Of a stretch of 64,000 nucleotides of DNA, positions 62,850 to 64,000 are shown piece by piece (position 1 is the stretch's first letter; every line of letters begins with the position of its first letter). The position numbers and the translations under genes were made by a program. Source of the DNA: Antedon mediterranea. Taxonomy: Eukaryota > Animalia > Echinodermata. The stretch is taken from the NCBI RefSeq assembly GCF_964355755.1, contig NC_092680.1, positions 3,348,001 to 3,412,000 of the forward strand, written 5' to 3'. The notes beneath the pieces were generated by a model. It did not search any database, was not told the DNA's origin, and worked only from the letters and a program-made list of their open reading frames with translations.

Positions 62850-63211
62850 AGATGTATTGTCCCCGAAAACATGAAAAATTAAGATTATTTAAATCAGACG
62901 TTAAATATGTTATTTTGTAGTTTTAATAAAGAATAATCCATTCTGGAAAAAAAAAAAAAAAAAAAAAAAAATGTTTTTTCATATATAAAAAATTGCAAAA
63001 TAATTAATGGTCAAATTCAACGAAAAACCCATTGTCTGGCAGCCAATTTGACTATTTTTTGCTTTGAATTACAGTTTTTCAAGTAAATACATTTTTTTCC
63101 GATTCAATTTTTGTTCAAAGTGGTTGACTATTACTGTATGTGACATTAAAATGGCATATTCAACAAAAAAATGTTCAACCTTTATTTTTTTTCCAGGGGG
63201 ACAATACATCT
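62850..63211. mobile_element. Kolobok-like non-autonomous element with TTAA TSD
   Basis: TTAA-agatgtattgtcccc ... ggggacaatacatct-TTAA; 15-bp TIR starting AG. Confidence 0.8.
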
Positions 63212-63530
63212 TTAAAACAATAGTTTTATACTGTATATTTAGTTGAAAAGTCCTTTGTTGTTAGTTTGAATGCCTAGGAGGGATAGCAAAATATTTGGTG
63301 GCTTCTGGATGATGTGACGTTAATTTATGTTAATATCTAAAGTGATCAACGATTAATACAGCTGTTATTGGCTTAACAACATCCCTCTGTGGATTAAAAG
63401 GCTTTGTTTTCCTTTATTTAAACACATTCATTTTTCGTAGAGAATCACAATTTTATCTTCCAACCCTTTTAATTACTATATGTTGCATTATTATATGTAG
63501 GTATTTTATTAATATTACTAGTAGTAGTAC

Positions 63531-63632
63531 GAGGTTCTTTAAAGTGCACTGAATGTTTTGTGGACCTACTGTTTATAGTCCTTATCCAAGAAGACTCATT
63601 CTACCACCAGAACCATGGAGCGAGTGAGAACA
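63531..63632 (-). mobile_element. Deu/Nin-domain-like SINE fragment
   Basis: Reverse complement of ctcgctcc..ggttctggtggtagaa..ggataaggactataaac..gcactttaaagaacc, as in the 25491 copy. Confidence 0.65.
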
Positions 63633-64000
63633 AACACATTTCTTCCCTAAAAATTGAATATTATACTTAATAACAAGGGCAACGTTTTTAACATTAATAT
63701 TATATATATAAAAGCATTTTTCCTCCTACACTAAATGTTTATCTATCTTAAATAATTAAATGCCACAATAGTTCTCTTTTAGAAACATATAATGATAATA
63801 AATACCTTTAAATATTTGTTGTTGTATTTCTTTAAAGCAGAGTTTTTACATTATAACTTGTCACTTGACATAATCATCAGTTTAATGTTGACACTGTCAA
63901 TATTATTTGCCAGTCAGTGAATGCATCAAGCTGTATTATACAATACTTCTAAAACAAACACATCAGAATTGATTTAAGTGAAATAAATATTGATGTTTAC

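Noticed and set aside
40232-64000. Islet coding exons on the minus strand
   Set aside because: No LIM or homeodomain peptide in the ORF track or by inspection.

Overview
AT-rich animal genomic DNA, probably from a marine invertebrate (Deu/Nin-domain-like SINEs hint at a deuterostome, but the taxon cannot be fixed from sequence alone). The window holds almost all of one + strand gene, SCAPER (S-phase cyclin A-associated protein in the ER). I traced 27 coding exons by hand from ATG 2949 to 40231; they splice in frame into about 1412 codons, and I could not find the terminal exon within the window. Gene features of note: a tandemly duplicated exon pair (only one copy carries the RxL cyclin-docking motif), a GC-AG intron, and a minisatellite that has amplified a splice donor. 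The last introns are greatly expanded (7.2 kb, 5.4 kb and more than 23 kb) and contain many GC-richer, TF-motif-rich non-coding islands, as expected for the known Islet-Scaper genomic regulatory block. Introns also carry many non-autonomous mobile elements: a 1.9-kb Gypsy-type LTR element with tandem tRNA-Leu primer sites, a P-like element, a probable P-like excision footprint, Harbinger-, Kolobok- and Tc1-like MITEs, and tRNA-derived SINEs. All homology calls come from remembered sequences and motifs, not from database searches.
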